A DNA stretch of 64,000 nucleotides. It comes from the human T2T-CHM13v2.0 reference genome, Homo sapiens. Positions 59,256 to 64,000 of the stretch are shown piece after piece. The notes beneath the pieces are model-generated. The model was not told the origin of the DNA. It did no database searches and worked only from the letters and a program-made list of their open reading frames with translations. Numbering within the stretch: position 1 is the stretch's first letter; every line of letters begins with the position of its first letter. Location: NCBI RefSeq assembly GCF_009914755.1, contig NC_060929.1. One strand, 5' to 3'. The position numbers and the translations under genes were made by a program.

Positions 59256-59783
59256 CAGGGGTCCCCAACCCCCAATCATGGACTGGTATTGGTCTGTGGC
59301 CTGTTAGGAACTTGGCTGCACCGTAGGAGGTGGGGGGCAGGTGAGCGAGCAAAGCTTCATCTGTATTCATGGCTGCTCAGCATCACTTGCATGATCACCT
59401 GAGATCCACCTTCTGTCAGATCAGAGTTGGCATTAGAGGCTCACAGGAGCACAAACCCTATTGTAAACTGTGCACATGAGGGATCTAGGTTGTGGGCTCC
59501 TTATGAGAATCTAATGCCTGATGATCTGTCACTGTCTCCCATTGCCCCCCGATAAGATAATTTAGTTGCAGGAAAACAAGTTCAAGGCTCCCACTGATTC
59601 TACATGACTGTGAGTTGTCATAATTATTTTATTATATATTACAATGTAATAAAAACAGAAATAAAGTGTACAACAAATGGAATGCGCTTGAATCATCCTG
59701 AAACCATCCTTCTACCACTGGCCCTTGGAAAAATTGTCTCCCACAAAACCAGTCCTTGGTCCCAAAAAGGTTCAGGACTGTTG
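59256..59783 (+). mobile_element. MER1A (hAT-Charlie), full length
   Basis: caggggtccccaacccc...caaaaaggttcaggactgttg; perfect 8-bp TSD atatacct. Confidence 0.95.
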
Positions 59784-61501
59784 ATATACCTTATGTTTTT
59801 CCAAAGAACCTGAGTCTTTCTGTATTTCACAACCCATTCATTTTTTAATAGTCCAAGTTTTATTATCTTACCTGCAACATCTAGCTACAAGATTAAACAT
59901 GCTTTCTTGTTTTTTTTTTTTTTTTTTTTTTGTTTCTCTTCCAAAATCAGAGAGGGAGGTGGCATGGAAGAAGGAAAATCTGAAGATAGGCTACGGGATC
60001 ATTAGATATAGAAGAAAATATATATTGTTTTGATAGAAAATTAATGATGAGTTTGGTTGGATTTTTAAATCAAGGTCAGCTCTTCCTTATTACTGTTATT
60101 AAAATATCATTTAAAATTTTCTAATAGTTCATTGCTGAGCTAAGCATTTGGGCTTTGATGTAATTCACAGAAGAAAATAATTTTTGAAAGTTAAACAGAA
60201 ATAAAGCCTGAAGAGAACTCTGCTGCTTTTTTTTTTTTTTTTTTTTTGTCATATCACTTTCTAGGAAACATTTTGCCCCACTCCATCAGTCTTCCCTCTC
60301 CTCTGGGTGGTTGGACTATGAAGTTGCCAAATTAAAACACCAAGACAGAGAGATAACCTTGGGGATGGTGGCACGGTGATCTGAAAGGAGCCAGGATCCC
60401 CAGTGATTTTGTAGATGAGAGCTTTCACACCTGCACTGGATTGGAAACTCTGGTTGTTTAAAGGAATGAAATCCACACTTTGATCTTGACTTTCAAACCA
60501 TTCCTGAGATCTAAGACTCCTAATTTAAAAATTATCTAACATTATGCATATGAGCCAATGTCAAGGTTACATTGAAGGAATGGTAGTGTGGGATGCCAAG
60601 AGCAGGTACAGAATGAGCCAGAAACAGTTCCTTGTGTTGGTTTTCTGTATTTTTGAACGTTAAAAAGCAATGCTAGTAATACACATGAAGTTCAGGAAAT
60701 GTGTTGTTTAAAGACAGGACTGAAAGAGTAACATTTCTAAAGGTTTGGCAATAATAGAGATAACATTCCACCTTGCACTGCTATGGCCTAAGACAACCTT
60801 GACTGAACCTAAATAACAAGACTAATGAATGTGTGTGTGTACTTAAATTAAAAAAATTAAAGAGTAGCCATATAATGAAATGTAGAACCTTTATTTTTAT
60901 ACTTGTTTTTAGAGAGACAGATAGCAATAAATGTTATATGTATAATAAGAATTAAATTGTACATTTAGAAGACATGAGTAGCTTTACTCAAAATACACGA
61001 GCAGTGAATGTTAATTTTGCTTGGATATTTTTGATATCATGATTCTAAAACCTTTATAAAAGAGTCAGTGTAGAAATGAATGCTGACTGAAGGTCAGTGT
61101 GTTTTATTAAAATCAAATCCTGGTAAGAATCTAGGATGACGTTTTGCTACTTTGAATTTCAGAGAAAGCATTTCAGGTTTTGAAAACAGATTCTGGCAGT
61201 TTACTCCAATAGCTTAGAATTTAGTTTTCTTTAATCAGCTTGTGTTGGCAATTTGGATGATATTGCTTAGCTTTAGTAGTGTTTTTGATGCACTGACACT
61301 TTCTCATGGGCACATTTTTAGAATTAAGGAAAAGACCTTTTCTTTTCACAATACATATTCATTATAACAAAAAAAAATGCAGAGGATCACATAGAAGAAC
61401 ATGAAAAATACCATAACATGTTTTCCTGAGACAGCCTCTTTGTGAAAATCATTGTCTGTTCTTTGTCTAACTTCTGTCTATTTTGTTGCTTTTGTTTTTT
61501 A

Positions 61502-62336
61502 TTTTATTTTATTTTTATTTCATTTTTTATTTTTTGACTACTTTATTAATTTTTTTAAACTCTTATTTTAGATTCAGGGAGTACATGTGCAGTTGTATGA
61601 TGCTGAAGTTTGGAATATAAATGATTTCATCACTCAGGTACTGAGCATAGTACCCAATAGTTAGTTTTTCAACCCTGTTCCCTCCCCGCCTTCCCACTCT
61701 ACTAGTCCACAGTTTCTTTTGTTATCATCTTTATGCCCAGATGTGCCCAATGTTTAGCTCTCACTTGTAGGTGAGAACATGCAGTATTTGGTTTTCTGTT
61801 TCTGCTTTAATTTGCTTAGGATAATGGCCTTCACCTGCCACCATGTTGCTGCAAAGAACACGATTTCATTCTTTCTTATGGTGCATAGTATTCCACGGTG
61901 TAGATGTACAACAACTTCTTTATCCAATCCAATGTTGATGGACACCTGGGTTGATTGCATGTCTTTGTTATTGTGAATAATGCTGCAATGAATAGATGAA
62001 TGCATATGTCTTTTTGGTAGAAGGATTTTTTCCTTTTGGACATATACCCAGTAATGGGAATGGTAAGTCTGATAGCAGTTTTGTTTTAAGCTCATTGAGA
62101 AATCTCCAAACTGCTTTCCACAGTGGCTGAACTAATTTACATTCCCACCATCAGCGCATATATTCCCTTTTCTCCATAGCTTTACCAGCATCTGTTATTT
62201 TTTGATTTTTTAAAAATAATAGCCATTCTTACTGGTGTGAGATTGTATCTCACTGTGGTTTTGATTTGCATTTCTCTGTTGATTAGTGATGTGGAGCCTT
62301 TTTTCGTATGTTGGCTGCTTGTATGTCTTCTTTTTT
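61502..62336 (-). mobile_element. Old L1PA (PA16-like) 3' end plus A-rich tail
   Basis: gattcagggagtacatgtgcag...gagcatagtacccaatag; diverged ORF2 end. Confidence 0.88.
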
Positions 62337-62346
62337 TAAAAAAAAA

Positions 62347-63422
62347 TTATTATTATTATACTTTAAGTTTTAGGGTACATGTGCACAATGTGCAGGTTAG
62401 TTACATATGTATACATGTGCCATGTTGGTGTGCTGCACCCATTAACTCGTCATTTAGCATTAGGTATATCTCCCAATGCTATCCCTCCCCCTTCCCCCTA
62501 CCCCACAACAGTCCCCAGAGTATGATGTTCCCCTTCCTGTGTCCACGTGTTCTCATTGTTCAATTCCCACCTATGAGTGAGAATATGCGGTGTTTGGTTT
62601 TTTGTTCTTGCAATAGTTTACTGAGAATGATGATTTCCAATTTTATCCATGTCCCTACAAAGGACATGAACTCATCATTTTTTATAGCTGCATAGTATTC
62701 CATGGTGTATATGTGCCACATTTTCTTAATCCAGTCTGTCATTGTTGGACATTTGGGTTGGTTCCAAGTGTTTGCTATTGTCAATAGTGCCACAATAAAC
62801 ATACGTGTGCATGTGTCTTTATAACAGCATGATTTCTAGTCCTTTGGGTATATACCCAGTAATGGGATGGCTGGGTCAAATGGTATTTCTAGTTCTAGAT
62901 CCCTGAGGAATCGCCACACTGACTTCCACAATGGTTGAACTCGTTTACAGTCCCACCAACAGTGTAAAAGTGTTCCTATTTCTCCACATCCTCTCCAGCA
63001 CCTGTTGTTTCCTGACTTTTTAATGATCGCCATTCTAACTGGTATGAGATGGTATCTCATTGTGGTTTTGATTTGCATTTCTCTGATAGCCAGTGATGGT
63101 GAGCATTTTTTCATGTGTTTTTTGGCTGCATAAATGTCTTCTTTTGAGAAGTGTCTGTTCATGTCCTTCGCCCACTTTTTGATGGGGTTGTTTGTTTTTT
63201 TCTTGTAAATTTGTTTGAGGTCAGTGTAGATTCTGGATATTAGCCCTTTGTCAGATGAGTAGGTTGCGAAAATTTTCTCCCATTTTGTAGGTTGCCCGTT
63301 CACTCTGATGGTAGTTTCTTTTGCTGTGCAGAAGCTCTTTAGTTTAATTAGATCCCGTTTGTCAATTTTGGCTTCTGTTGCCATTGCTTTTGGTGTTTTA
63401 GACATGAAGTCCTTGCCCATGC
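62347..63422 (-). mobile_element. L1PA3-like 5'-truncated element
   Basis: ORF 62836-63420 is the L1 ORF2 C-terminus ([20 protein letters not shown]); 3'UTR atgctaaatgacgagttaatggg on the minus strand. Confidence 0.95.
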
Positions 63423-64000
63423 ATAGGCTTTTGTTTTTTAAATGCGTATGTTAAATTGCAAGATTGATAAGCCTCATTATAAAAAGGTCAAAATATATTA
63501 CATTTTATGTTGTAAAATATGAGATTTTTCTCTATGCCCCACCTCTAATAATACTTCTTTCTCTTCGGGTCAGTAGAGTTCACAATGTAGAGTGCATTTT
63601 GGCGCACTCAGCTAGACACAGCATGAGCACACACAGGCACACAGTGATACTTGCATAATATGCTCAGACATGTTTTTTAAAACATAGAGATAAGTTTCTC
63701 TCTACATACATGCACACACACAAATAAGTATTTCTGTGCTACAATTTTTTTCACTTAATAACGTACAAAATTTCAAATAAGCTACACCCAGGTAAACTTA
63801 GTTGGATTAATTAACTCCCAATTAATACTGGTCAGTTTCAGCAACAGAAAGCTTCTAAATTCTAAGCACAGGGTTCTTTTGGAGAATGTGCATATCTTTG
63901 AAGTGCAAAAGTAAGAGAGACACAGAAAATCTAATGCTGTACTGGAAGGTCCTAAACAGTGTGTAGGTTAAGAAAAATATATTACAAGGATCCTGATTGT

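Noticed and set aside
62836-63420. 194-aa ORF, the longest in the window
   Set aside because: C-terminus of L1 ORF2p in a 5'-truncated copy with a premature stop; not a host gene.

Overview
AT-rich hominid genomic DNA, most likely human given a young AluY carrying some Ya5 diagnostics. It is intronic or intergenic. I found no recognisable protein-coding exon, RNA gene or CpG island, and the long ORFs in the track are L1, Alu, LTR or low-complexity artefacts. Roughly half the window is interspersed repeat: Alu/FLAM/FRAM, L1PA3 to L1ME, L2, MIR, MaLR and ERVL LTRs, and the DNA elements Tigger3, MER1A/B, MADE1 and Zaphod-like. Several repeat-poor, motif-dense blocks (~10.3-13.9 kb, ~49-50 kb) may be regulatory. 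The best leads are insertion and repair scars: a probable L1PA3 3'-transduction, telomeric repeats replacing part of a MER1B, a twin-primed and internally deleted L1PA7 keeping its whole 5'UTR, a triple L1 insertion hotspot, and a locally templated ~200-bp duplication. Subfamily names come from recalled consensus features, not a RepeatMasker run, and boundaries of old elements are approximate. I see no evidence of a wholly new biological system.
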